A stretch of 63,993 bases of DNA, the filler included, from Hyphochytrium catenoides (lineage: Eukaryota; Protista; Hyphochytriomycota): NCBI GenBank assembly GCA_900088475.1. It is 7 parts of 7 records of this genome, joined end to end, with 100 filler letters (N's around TTAATTAATTAA, not from the genome) between each part and the next. Parts side by side here need not be neighbours in the genome. Positions count along the whole stretch, not along the records: positions 1 to 15,086 come from FLMG01003177.1; positions 15,187 to 20,593 come from FLMG01001270.1; 5 more parts are not named here. One strand, 5' to 3'. Below the pieces are notes generated by a model, which did no database searches, was not told where the DNA came from, and worked only from the letters and a program-made list of their open reading frames with translations. Positions within the stretch are counted from its first letter, which is position 1. Each line of letters opens with the position of its first letter. Both the position numbers and the translations under genes were made by a program. Below, in pieces: positions 1 to 16,077 of the stretch.

Positions 1-357
1 CTCTCTCTCTCTCTCTCTCTCCTCTTCTTCCCCTTTACGACCCATGAACAAAGATAAACGGGTGTTGACAAACCTACACGGGGAGGCTCGAGCGAGAGAG
101 AGGAAACCTTGAGACAAACTGCAGAAGCTCTCGCAAGGCGCGTTGAGAAGCGCTTGATAACCAACAGGGAAGCGACAGGGAACAGAGAGAGAGAGAGAGA
201 GAGAAGGGGGGAGAGAGAAAGAGAGGGGAAAGAGACCAAGGAATCTCATTCTGCTTGGGCATCTTTCCGTCATAAGTCCTCTTTCTCCGTCCCTCACATC
301 CTCGCCTACCTTCTTCCTCTTTCCTTTTGGATCCTGAACACTATCCCTCCGTCAACA

Positions 358-4287
<3,930 letters not shown>

Positions 4288-4645
4288 ATATTAAGCTCCA
4301 GCTAATCCACAGCATCACACTAGCTCCCTCTTCCTCGTTGTCCCACTCACCCATATATCCTGCGAAGTTAGCCTTTGAAAAGCTTGAGACTTCCTAGCTG
4401 CAGATATTTCCTTGGTCACCTTCCTCTCTCGGTCAAGAAATAGCTCCCTGGTCCTCTCCTCTCTCTTCTACCTCTCTTGTGCAATGACATACGGCACTTT
4501 CCTGGTACGATTCTTCCCGATGCTCGTTCCTTTAAAGCAATGACCATAAATAACTGTTTCAGACGGTAGAGAGTCTGTAGGAGGGATACTATGACCAGGC
4601 TAGTGGCAGTCTGTCTCCCTCTCTCCTCTCTCTCTGCCCTCAGCC

Positions 4646-5198
4646 TCACATCTGCAGTCCACCGTCGACTCGAAGGGTCTGACCAGTGACAAAGGAGGCT
4701 TTGGCACTCAAAAGAAACTCTATAACCTGGGCTACCTCTTCTGCGGTCCCCAGCCGCTGAAGAGAGGATTTAGCTATGATTTCCCTTTTCCTCTCTAATG
4801 GTAAGTCTGAAGAAAGAAAGAAAGAGAAGAAGAGGGAATGAAAATGAGAGAAAGGTGAGTGAGCTTCTGTGTGCAAGAGAGAGAGAGAGGTGAGAGTTCA
4901 GAAAAGCGTCAAATTTGGGGTCTAGAACTAGAGAGAACGGTTTACCTTCTGTCATATCTGTCTCTACGTATCCTGGCTCTACCAAGTTAACCCTGATCCC
5001 TTTAGGCCCAAGCTCCTTTGCCAAGGAGCGGGTCAATCCTATTGTTCGAGGCAAGCGGCAGGGTCAAGGCACAGGACAATAAACAGACAAAGTAATCAAC
5101 CAGCAAAGCGATAGCTTTGGAAAGAGCTTAGAACAGTGGAGATTGCCTAGCGAGGCAATGAGTCCTTCCACCACGCCCGCGCGCGTGAGAGACAGAAA

Positions 5199-5239
<41 letters not shown>

Positions 5240-6182
5240 AGAGACGAGAGGACGCTTGAGGTCTGATATAGCTGGGACCGCAGATTAGAAAGAAGGCTCA
5301 GATAGAGAAGAGTTAGCTAGAGGTAAAGGACCGTCATGACGGAGAATGGTACCTATCAGTCCCGACTTGGACGCGCTGTAAGCTACTTGCCCTACATTTC
5401 CTGATGATCCCACCACACTTCCAACATTAACTATCGACCCTAGCGTCCAAGAGAAAAGAGTGAGCTCTAATCTAGAGAAAAAAGCGGACGTTGAATGGCA
5501 CGAGAGAGAGAGAAAGGAACAGCCACACTCCACTTCCCGCTGAAACGGAAGACTAGGAAGAGGCTTGACCGATGGAGAGGGGACATACCTAATTTCTGCC
5601 CAAGCATGACTTTGCAGACATGTCTACACATGTGTATCGGGCCGTAGAGGTTAACTCTGAGCAGCTTATCCAGTGTCTCAGGCGATTGTCGAAGCAAAAG
5701 ACTGTCAAAGGAAATACCTGCAAGTATTGCATGAGCAACTGAAGATGAACCGACGGCAAGTTGAGATGTAGGATAGAGGGACGGGCGGTAGAGAGCAAGA
5801 CGAAAGTGAATGACCTGCCAGGCAGATCAAGCAACTTTCTACTCGATTCTAGTCGAGAGGGAGAAAGTGAGAGGTCGGGATGACGATGATGCTAAGACGG
5901 ACCTGCGGCATTGACCAGTGCATCTATTCTCCTATACTCGCGGTGGATCTCTCTCACAGCAGACTCAATTTTCACAGGATCGGAGACATCGCACGAAATG
6001 AAGGTGTGTTTTGCTGGTGACGCAGAAGACAGAGAGGCCAGAGCTTTCTGTCCTTGTGCCTCATCTCGTGCTAGGATAGCGACGGCATAGCCTTTATCCG
6101 CCAATAAGCGAGACGTAGCTAAACCAATGCCTCTTGAGCCGCCTGTAACGACTGCAAGTCGTTGAAGAGGAGACGCAACCAT
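4646..6182 (-). CDS. Classical SDR, 3-oxoacyl-ACP reductase (FabG/CBR4-like); 5 exons
   Basis: Motifs [38 protein letters not shown] and GQTLRVDGG. Exons 5903-6182, 5589-5717, 5353-5439, 4946-5038, 4646-4806 have GT-AG borders in phase. Confidence 0.92.
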
Positions 6183-6689
6183 GAGTTCGCACGGTCACCT
6201 TGCCTGGTTCTGTCGAAACATTGACTCAGCGTAAGGATAAAGGACTACTAGTTGATGATGGACGGAAGCTGAAAAGCTGAACCGTGGGAGCGAGGAAAAT
6301 CTCTTAGTAGAAAGCTTCAGAATTCTAATGTTCAGAATCTGGAAATCCAAGCTTCAGAATTGTTTTGCAAATGGCCGCACGAAACCTTCATTAAGATTCA
6401 TGAAAGCTTCACCTACAGTAAAAACTATATCACAAAAAAATAGGTTTCATCGTTTCTTGGCTTCTGAAAGCTTCATGTTCTTCTTCCACTCGCAATTCTG
6501 ACGTTTTTCTCGGACTCTCATGAAACGACTTGGCAGATCAGTTTGGCAATGCCGCAGAAAGCAAAGCTCGCTGACTCTGAGACAGCGCCACACGGTCTTC
6601 TAGATAAAGGTTTATAGGGGAGCATTGTCGCAGTTGTAGCTGTCACAAGCGTCGGTATATACCACTTACTACTTCATTGAGTAAGAGCT
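6183..6689. promoter_or_regulatory. Probable bidirectional promoter between two divergent oxidoreductase genes
   Basis: 507 bp between two divergent ATGs, free of microsatellites, with several (GA)AAGCTTCA motifs. Confidence 0.55.
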
Positions 6690-8119
6690 ATGGCAGCACC
6701 AGCTGGACGCTATGCCGCCATTGTCATTGGCAGTACAGGTGCCGTTGGGCGTGAGGTTGTGAGAGAGCTGACGGATAGAAGTGCTTGCACACGGGTCGTT
6801 GCCTTAGTTCGGAACCCAGTGTCAGAGTCAGAAATCCCGAACAAGTTTCCAGGGCTAGACCTTTCGAAGAAGGACAAGCTAGAGGTGCGGGTGGTTGACT
6901 ATGACAACCTCGGTGACAAAGACTTCGAGCTGCCCGCTTCGTCCGATGAAGCAGCCCAAGAGAAGGTTGCGTTCTGCTGCCTGGGGACCACCAGGGCAGG
7001 TAACGATTCTCCCTCGTATAACTCTTGGCTACCGTGTGGACCTTGACTATGCAGCTATGCAAGACTGGGTCTGCTATCACTTTGTCAGGCCCTATCCATC
7101 CTTTCACATACTATCCTTGGCCATTTCTCTTTGTCAAAACATGCATGACCTCTGACTAAGACTATCAAATGTTGATCTCTCTTGCTGCCCCAGATGCTGG
7201 GTCAGCTGAGGCTTTTAAGAAAGGTAGCACGTCTCCCTCTTTTTTTGAGGCCTCTCTCCAGCCGGTTTTATCTTCCTTTGCTTGCCCTTGAAAGCTCTCC
7301 TTAGCCTTCCTTCTCTTCTCTGTTGTTCTCCTGCAAGTACCAGCTGGGCAGTTGTCCCTTAGGCAACACTGGGTTCTCAGTGGTTTCCTGAGGGTCGCTC
7401 GCTCCTTTCTCTCTACTTGCTGCTACTAGACTGGGAGCTTTGCTGGAGCCTTTCTTCTTTCTCTTGTTAATAGAACTGCCGACGGCTTCCTCTGTTCCTT
7501 CGTCTCTTCAATCCTCGCCAATTCTCTGCTCTTGCCTCCACATCGCAGCCTGGATATCGTTATCTCACAAGTTTGTCTGTTGACCTTCAGTGGACCTAGA
7601 TTACGTTAGCAAGGCGGCTTCCCTCTCTCTCTCGTCGGGAGTTCGACAGTTCGCGCTTGTCTCTGCGCAGAACGCCTCTTCGTCCTCATTCTTTCTCTAT
7701 CCAAAGACAAAGGGCCAAGCAGAGGACTACGTGACCAGCCTAAAGTTTCCTCATTTGACAATTGCCCGCCCAGGGCTCATTGATCGAGGAAATCTGGCCA
7801 GAACAGTGGAGAAGATTGCCTCTTATATAATGTCGCCGGTAAGATGATGGAAAGGTACACCCGGCAGGGTAATGGGGAAGGGGCTAAACTCTAGAAGGCT
7901 GAGAGCTATGGCAGCGTCAGGCAATTACGCTTAGTTAGTCTGTTCCTATGCTAATCAGCTCTTGCCATTGAACACTCTTCTCCCTCTTTCCGACAGATCT
8001 CAACAGCGACGATTGCGCGAGGGATGATCAAGAGCGTAGAAGACAAGCTCGGACAGGGTGAATCGAGTCCCCTGATTCTTTGGAACAAAGAGCTCCGAGA
8101 CCTCAGCAGTAAACTCTGA
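6690..8119 (+). CDS. TIP30/HTATIP2 (CC3)-like atypical SDR, NAD(P)-binding; 4 exons
   Basis: Motifs IGSTGAVG, FCCLGTTRA/DAGSAEAFKK/VDLDYV, FLYPKTKGQAE and IARPGLI. Exons 6690-6999, 7194-7223 (30-nt micro-exon), 7591-7838, 7997-8119. Confidence 0.9.
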
Positions 8120-8682
8120 GCCATAAGAAGTAGGAGAGAGAAAATGAAAGGATAACAAACCAGGAAAGTGTCCGTGAAGAAGACAAGAGAGGTAAAAGGC
8201 TAGACAGTAGAGCTAAGACTTTTATTCGATGCATTGCATAATTAGGGTAAGCCAATGAGCTGACAGAGAGAATCTTGATGGTCCTTGGTACTACCGTTTC
8301 TCATGGGGAGAAGAGCGCGAACACTTAAGCCTGAGCAGGTATCGGTGCGCCAGATATAGTGAGAAGCAAGAGTGACAGTAAATACAGAGCAGCACACACT
8401 GAAACAGACGAAGCAAGCGTCAATAGCCAAACTTCTCACCTCCCTCTTCAAAAGTAAGGCTCTCGGGCCCCCATATAGTCCTAATAAGGCAAAGATGGGG
8501 ATACAAGGTCCACATACGTTTCAACGAGCTATATCCACCAAGAGGAGTGACCGAAGGCTGCGCATTTGACCTTACTTCATAGCACATCTAAGAAGGTCAT
8601 CTGCACCTCATCCTCTAGGGTTCTTGCTAAAAGCCTATAACCATCCCAACCCATCGACTCTCGCTCCCTCCTTCTAGACTGC

Positions 8683-8726
8683 CTTCCACCTGCAAGCTAC
8701 GATGCTTCCACCTGCAAGCTACGATG
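8683..8726. repeat. 22-bp tandem duplication (cttccacctgcaagctacgatg x2)
   Basis: Read directly from the sequence; a degenerate third copy lies near 8745-8761. Confidence 0.8.
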
Positions 8727-9300
8727 TCTTAGGACCGACGACACTGCCTTTCACCTGCAGCAAAACGCTGCGCCTGCATCGCTGGCATCTCTTCTTCGCT
8801 CCCAAGCATCAAGCATGCCATTCTTCTTCTCTCCTGCCCAAGTAACATAGTTACCCTTACTTTTATATGGACTGTGGCAATAATGTGGAATGACCTCCCA
8901 TAGGTCTTATCTGGGTTTAGTCAACGTGGTGACTGAGTGTGGTGTGTGTTTTTTCTAAGCCATGGCCAAGAGGAGGCTTTACAAACTCACCCATCTTTTA
9001 TTGTGGTTATTATGGGTCTATCTAATGCCCTGTCTCTCAAAGTCAACCACTTGACTGCTGCCTGCGACTTCCTCGTTAGGCAGAGGCAAGAGAGAGAGAG
9101 ACAGAGAGTGAGACACAGACAGAGAGACACAGACAGAGAGGACAGAGAGAGAGACACACACAGAGAGGACACACAGAGAGAGACGCAGACAGAGAGACAG
9201 AGAGAGAGAGACACACGGACAGAGAGACAGAGAGAGATCGAGAGAGAGACAGAGACAGAGAGACAGAGACAGAGAAAGAGAGAGACAGAGAGAGAGACCA

Positions 9301-9335
<35 letters not shown>

Positions 9336-9838
9336 AAGAGCGCACAGAGAGAGACGGCAACGAGAGAGAGGTAGAGGAGAGAGGCGTCGAGGAGAGAGAG
9401 TCACCAAGGAGACAAAGCCAAGTTGCCGCATCTTTATGAAGATAAGGGTTCAGGCAGACTAGGAAAACCTTCAGGAGAGAGAGAGAGAAAGGAGAGAGAG
9501 ATCAAAAAAACGAGAAGAGACTACATTTTGAGGTTGCCCCAGCTCGTGAAGAGAGAGTCCTTTCGTCTTTCGTTCTTTCTCCTTCCAGGGAGGACATGGT
9601 AGGGTCATGAAAGAGTAGTTCCGGGGACCATCGGTGTATTCTTGAGAGGAAACCTTGACAACGAAGACAGAGAAAAGAGAGAGAAAAAGAGAGAGAGAGA
9701 GAGAGGCGGACAAATGCTATCCGTGGAAGGCATATAGCTTCTCTCTTTGTTAGCCTCCTCTGTCCGTCGTCGGGGAACAATTTCCCTCGATATTCTCGCT
9801 CTTGGGCCCGTTGTCTAGCCCGCTGGCTTCTCTCTACC

Positions 9839-10648
9839 ATGGCGCTAGAAGAGACTGTGGACCCTTACCGCTGGTGGCTGCTGGCGGATCTCTTGCTCTT
9901 TCTCTTCATCTCGGCCGCTCTCTATCTGCAGCTTCGGCGGGACTCTGCGGCGCTGCAGGACAATGACCTGGAGCAGGAGAGCTCGGGATGGGAGATGCGC
10001 AGGAAGTTTCATAAAGTTCTCTTGATTGCGGCCGCAGGTAAGCGTCTTCCTGCTTGATCTGCACCGTCTCTGGGATCCCGAAAGCTTCTCTCTTTCTTCT
10101 GCTCTCTCTATTTCTCTCTCCTTCTCAGTCTCCTCTCTCTCTCTCTCTCTCTCCTCTTCTCTCTCTCTCTTTGTCTCTCTTGGTCTCTCTCTCNNNNNNN
10201 NNNNNNNNNNNNNNNNNNNNNNNNNNNNNNNNNNNNNNTCTCTCTCCTCCCCCCCCTCTTTCCCTCTGTCTCTCTGTCTCTCTCTGTCCTTTTTCTTCTT
10301 CCTCTCTCCCCGTCTCTCTTTCTCCTTCTCTCTCTATGTTATCTCGCCCGCTGCAATGCTCTGTTTAACTCTTAATGGCCCAAGAGGCGCAAAGAGAAAG
10401 GCAGCGCGCCTTTTTGGCCTTTTGATGCCAACCTCTTTCCTTTTACGAAATCAGCTCTCGTCTCCTATACTCTCTCTCTGTCTTCCCCCTCTTCTGTCCC
10501 CTTCGCTCTGTCTTCCTCCTTCTCTTCCTTTCACTTCTGACTCCATGCTCTCTTTCAGGTCGTTCCTTCTCCCTTCTCTGGGATCTGGCCCTGGGACAAT
10601 CTGCACACGGGTAAGCTGGACGCACCTTCTGTCCCATGTCCACCTGAG

Positions 10649-10689
<41 letters not shown>

Positions 10690-13291
10690 TTATCTCTCTC
10701 TGTCTCTTCCTCTCTCTATCCTCTTCCTTACACTCAGAACGCTTTCGATGCGCTTCAAAGTAACATCTACCTCTTCTCCCCTTTTGACAGGCTTCTAGGC
10801 TGGTTGACGATCACAATCCACTGGTTCCCAGCCCTTCTCTTCCTCACGGCGTTCTCTCTGCTCATCCTCTTTTGGGCCCAACTCTTCTACGCAGTGACAG
10901 GATTCTCTTCGCCGCAGGTGGGCCGCAGCGCCTTGGCGGTCAACATCTTGGTATGCCCGTGATAAGAGCTGCGTCGGTCTCTCTTCTTCTTAGTCCTTGA
11001 GTACCGTTTCTTTGCTTCTTTGTCCTGCATTCCTTAATCAATTGTACTTCTCTTCTCTCGCCCTACTGCGTGTCGCTCCCTTCCCCTCTCTCTCTCTTTT
11101 TCTCTCTCCCTCTCTCGAGCGTGCTCTCTCTCTCGTTTCTCCGTCTTCCCCCGGTCTGTCTATCTCCCAGTGCTCCGCTGCAGCCGCAGATTTTCCTTTC
11201 CATTACAACTATAATGCTTGCCAAGTCTGGCTTCCTTATCTTCTTGGCCTGTCTAGCACTTCACTTTCCTCCTTGGGAGTCTTTTTCTCTCTTCTCTCTC
11301 TCTCTCTCTCTCTCTGTCACTTTCTCCTCTACAGAGAGTCTGTCTCTCGTTCGTGCTGTCCGCTTAGTCACTAACCCAGTCTCCTGACTCTTCTTCACTC
11401 TCCTCTTCACTGTCTCTCTTCTCTCGTTCTACATCTCTCTTCCTCTCGTTCTCTGGCTTGTCATCCTAGCTGTATGGTTCTTTCGCTTGCATCTCTCTTG
11501 TTTTCCTTTTTCTATCTTCTCTTCTCTCTGAAGCCTTTCTAGAGACCTATTGGAGAGCGTGCGATGGACTTGTCGGTGTGTTCTACGGGACAGGGCTCCT
11601 CCTTGTCATCTACTATGGGGGGAAGGTGGCGCTGCATTTCCAGCGTTCCAAAGGGGACCAGGACTACTTTGACTTTGAATACCGAGAGAGGAACATGTCA
11701 CCTAGAAGAGCCGTCTTTATCAGGGTAAGAAGGAGAGAAGAAGGGAAGAAATCGAGGGACCCGGCAGTGTGGAACAGAAGTAGAACACGAAGAATTTATA
11801 GGACTTCTTATGAGGCTTGTGTCTAGTGGGTCGGGGTCCTCTCTCCTCCAACAGCTTACTGTTTGGTGGCAGTACCTTCCTGTTCTCGTTGGCTAGTTGT
11901 TTCTTATCGACCCGGAAGAACCTCTCACATCTCTGTCTCGCATTCCCTCGCCATATCCTATGGTACCTGCAGGTCGTTACATTGTGCATTCTGTGCGTCG
12001 TGGTCTTCCTCGCCCAGGCGACCTACTTTATCGGGTCATGTGCAGGTCAGCGTGGTGGTGCCGTCCTCAACCCGATCACTCTCTCGCGCTATCTCTCTCT
12101 CTGTTCCGCTTCTTTTTTTGCCTGCCGCAGATTTAGTAGCTCCCCTCACGTCTTGATGTCTCTTGGTTCGCTGTTTATCTCTGCGTGGAACGTATCGAGT
12201 TCCCTACGAAGACTTGCTGATGCTCTTCATGCCTTCCTCGACCCATCTTCTCACACTTTCCAATATGAAACATAGGTCTTTTCTTCAAGGGATCCGAGGT
12301 GGTATATCATCGGCACCATCATCTTTTCGACGCGCTGTGGATGTTGTTGACTGAGCTCATGCCCGCGGTACGCCTTTTTCTCTCCGTGTTCCTTGTGTCT
12401 CCTGACCTGCTCGTTAGCGATGACATCATTTGCAGCCTCTAAAGTTTAGAGGCATTGCCCAACTCAATCTTGTATCAATGTATAGAATCCGTCTTGTCGT
12501 TCTTTCTGCGGCACATGGCTCTGTCTTTGTTCATCTATTTTCTCTATTGTTTAACTATCCCTCCATCCTTCTTAGCTGCGTAATGGAGACGTGGATATCT
12601 TATGGTTGTTCCTTCCGTCGCCTTTTCGCTATTCCCTCTCTCTCTGGTGCGGTAGGTAATCATCATCTTCACAATGAGGAAGCAGAAAGCGAAGACGCAC
12701 TCTCATTCTTCAACGCCACGGTTCGGCTTCTCTTCGACCCCTAGTGGCACTCCTAATAATGCAGCCAGATACTCCTCTTCTGGCGGACTGCTCAGCTCCT
12801 ACGTGCCGGTAAGTCACCCGTCCTCTTACCTTCTCCCTTTCTTTTTCAACTCCCTCCCTTTTGCGTCAGTTCATTTTTGCTCCTCCATAGTGTGCCGGGT
12901 GCATGCTCTTGGCTTAGTCGAGCTGTGCAACAGGACTATCTATCTACTTCTCGGCAAGAAAGAGGTGGTGCACCTACAAACAATAACAATCATATTTCAA
13001 CGGCCGTCTCTGCGAGCGAAAGAGGAAGCAAGAGCTAGAATGCCCGCAAGTAGTCGTGGGAGATAGAGTCAAGAGACGCGGAGAAGCGGCTCGTAGCGCT
13101 CTCAACCTCATCGTTTTATGGGGACGTGCCGTTGCTTTCCAGAAGTCTCTCTCTCTTTTCACCCGTTAGTTTAGCTTATTTATTCTCTTTCTCTCAAGAG
13201 ACAAGGGATGGGACTTTCTGGCAGCGGCTCTCCAGCACATAATGGCTTGATTCTTCTCATAAATAGCAATAAATACAATGACCTTCACTAG
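9839..13291 (+). CDS. THH1/TOM1/TOM3 (DUF1084)-like multi-pass membrane protein
   Basis: Hydrophobic spliced exons: RRKFHKVLLI, WFPALLFLTAFSLLILFWAQLFY (matches the TOM1-family pattern), LLLVIYYGGKV and MLLTELMPA. Exons ~9839-10037, 10559-10610, 10791-10950, 11470-11724, 11973-12044, 12276-12368, 12656-12808. The last exon is uncertain (13199-13291, or a short one near 12891). Confidence 0.75.
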
Positions 13292-13303
13292 GAAAAAGTC
13301 CTT

Positions 13304-13922
13304 CTACTCGTTTCCTTCTTGCGCTGCCTTGCTCTCTTCGCTACCAAGCGTTTCCCTCAACAGGTCTAGAATACTCTCCATCTGTTCCTCCTCGAGTCGC
13401 GGACAAATCATCAGCACCTCCACGGGCTCTGTGGGCCGAAGATTTAGAAGCTGAACCTAAGAGGAGAGCGCTTAGATGACGTGCTACAAGGCAGGAACTG
13501 CAAGAGGTGGCAGGAGGTCCCGACAGCGTGGCTCGACGAGTAATATGAGCGGCTTTCTGGGGCCAGCGAGCGTAGTCCCATCGCACAGACAAATGAGAGA
13601 AGACATGAATATAGAAGAATGTGGTTCAACCTTCTCTATGAGGCTTAGGCTATTGCTTCCACTCTCGTCCAACTCCTTCAGACGCTTGAGGAAAGCTTGG
13701 GCTCTCTCCGATGAAAGCTCAGAGGTCAGAGACTTATCGAAGTACTTCAGCAGCTGATCCGAGCAAGCGTCGTCAGGGTTTACTTATCGGCCATATATTC
13801 AGATAGAAAGCGACGGCCACAGGGTTTTGGACCGAAGGGAGAGAAGAAGGAAGGAACGAAGAAGTAGGAAGAAATAAACTGGCAGCCACCACGCACAGAC
13901 ACACTGACAGAGCGAGAATAAG

Positions 13923-13957
<35 letters not shown>

Positions 13958-14531
13958 AGAGTGGAGATTAGGCCCTAAGCTGGCTATGTAACAATGACTC
14001 AGCTGGGGTTTGGGCAGGAGAGTTGCGAAGAGTGTAAAGAACAGTAAACGTCCACCAGAGAAGCAACCGCTGCCACGGTAGATAAATGGCTGTGTCTCAC
14101 CTTATGCTCCAACCAGTTCCTGTCTCCACAAGTATCTGCCTTTGGATCTCTCCCTGCAGCGGTAGCAGCCGCGTGCCTCGCCTTCCGCCTCTCTTTAATG
14201 TGCTCATATATCTGAAGAGAGAGATGTGACAGTCAGAGCCAGTCCGGACGGATGGGCAGATGCAGGCAGTAAAATGCCAAGAGACAAAAGAGACGACGAC
14301 GCAGAGAGAGCGCTACGAAGAATTGACGAAGAGAGATAGAGAGACAGCGAAAGGTAAAATAAAGCGAAGGGATAGCAAGTCGACGGAATGGAAAGCGTGA
14401 CTAAGGGCCCTTAGAGGTCTGGAGCTGCCACAGCGACGAAGACAAGGCATCCATATTTAATTATAAGAGAGGCACACCTCGACGTTCGTTAGCACAGCAT
14501 CCGCGGCATTGAGCACATCAAACTGGACCAT
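13304..14531 (-). CDS. RPC9: DNA-directed RNA polymerase III subunit RPC9/C17 (CRCP; Rpb4/HRDC-like family); 4 exons
   Basis: Not visible in the ORF track. Exons 14478-14531, 14101-14211, 13631-13753 and 13304-13456 (all phase 0, GT-AG) give MVQFDVLNAADAVLTNVE/IYEHIK...NWLEHK/LLKYFDKS...SLIEK/VQLLNLRPTEPVEVLMICPRLEEEQMESILDLL. This matches the RPC9 signatures LxNxEV and EKxQLLNxRP. Confidence 0.85.
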
Positions 14532-15086
14532 GGTTCAGATACTTCTAGACCAGAGAACAGCTGGACTGCCCTCCGCCACCTTCGCTTCCTTTGTCTCTCC
14601 TCTCACCCTAGAACCGCCGCCTGCTAAGCCCAGCCTCAGCACCTGCCTGGCCCTCTCTCTCTTGTCCCGTGGTAGGAGGATCTCTGTCTCCTAGCCGCCA
14701 GCGGCTGCCTGATAGCTGAGACGCCTTCAGACTTCAGACGGAGGGAAGCTCCCCGTGGTCGGCCCTCGATAAGGGAGGGGCCCAACCACCAGTAAAAAGC
14801 TGTGTTGACTGACAGGGAAGGGTGAAGGTTTACCTCCTAAGGAACTGTTAACGGCTATCTAAAAGACACAGGGTTGAATGACAGGCAAAGGGTTACAGTT
14901 TAGCAGTTTACCATCAAAATAGCTGCTAACGGCCTCGTGCAAGAGAGTTTTACCGGTCCGAAGGTTAGCTCTTGACGGTTAGCGGCTCTATTTGGAGGAT
15001 GTTGAGGGCTTATTACCGACCGAATGCTGAGGACGGAACAGGGAGGGAGAGAGAGTCGCGGGTGGCGAGCAAGCAGGAGAGGCAGG

Positions 15087-15186
15087 NNNNNNNNNNNNNN
15101 NNNNNNNNNNNNNNNNNNNNNNNNNNNNNNTTAATTAATTAANNNNNNNNNNNNNNNNNNNNNNNNNNNNNNNNNNNNNNNNNNNN
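15087..15186. other. Artificial contig linker (N44-TTAATTAATTAA-N44)
   Basis: All-frame stop linker flanked by Ns; the same 100-bp structure occurs six times. Confidence 0.97.
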
Positions 15187-15234
15187 TCTCTCTCACACAC
15201 ACATTCTCTCTCATTCTCTCTCACTCTCTCTTCG

Positions 15235-15265
<31 letters not shown>

Positions 15266-16040
15266 GTCTCCTCTCCCCACACAGTGATGTATGATAGCAG
15301 CCAGAGCCGCAAACGGCCTGAAGGTTTTATCAGACGCAAGACAGAGTACATAATAATAGTTTCTCTCTGGAGGTAAATCGTGGTACGTAAGATCCCATAT
15401 CCAGCTTCTTAGTAATATCTCAGGTGGTCTTCAACTTTCTTCTTGGGCTTATTCCTTCATTTTCTATGGCCCTCATCTGCCTTCCATCACACTCTTTAGG
15501 AAATCGTCTATCCAATATTATCTATGGGCTTCGAGACCTAAGTGACGCCTAACATTCTCTATAGAACATCTAGGTCAGCTTCCAACCTTGCCTAAATCAA
15601 GTGAAAACATTGAAATGAAACATTGCAACATTTTCTAAGGTGATACTAGGGTATTAATCGAGGAAGAAAGATAAAGGAGAAGGAAATAAATGTTGGAATG
15701 AGGGATGCTGAGTCGGCATCCCGATTGGCTGATGGTTAGCCAATCACAGTGGGAGAAAACCAGCACGTGGTTCTCTAGGCTAACTATCCGTGATAGATTT
15801 TTGACCTAATATATTCGTATTTATATTTGCCATATGTATTACCCAGTGTTTCTTTTATAATTGTGGTAGCCTTTACGCCCCATATGTTTCTGGGCATGCT
15901 ATGGTGCCACCTGTAATATTCGCTTTCAAACAATGGATTTGCTGTGATAGTGATTCTGAGGCTTTTTCTGTGACCTTTCGAGTTGGGAAAGGAAGCAGTT
16001 GGAAGATAGAACTCTATGTGTATCTGTGTGGGAGAGAGAG

Positions 16041-16077
<37 letters not shown>

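Noticed and set aside
15131-15142. TTAATTAATTAA palindrome repeated six times
   Set aside because: Always embedded in N runs of fixed length; an artificial contig joiner, not a biological motif.
15720-15772. Inverted CCAAT boxes and a CACGTG box
   Set aside because: Short motifs with no demonstrable adjacent gene start; expected by chance.
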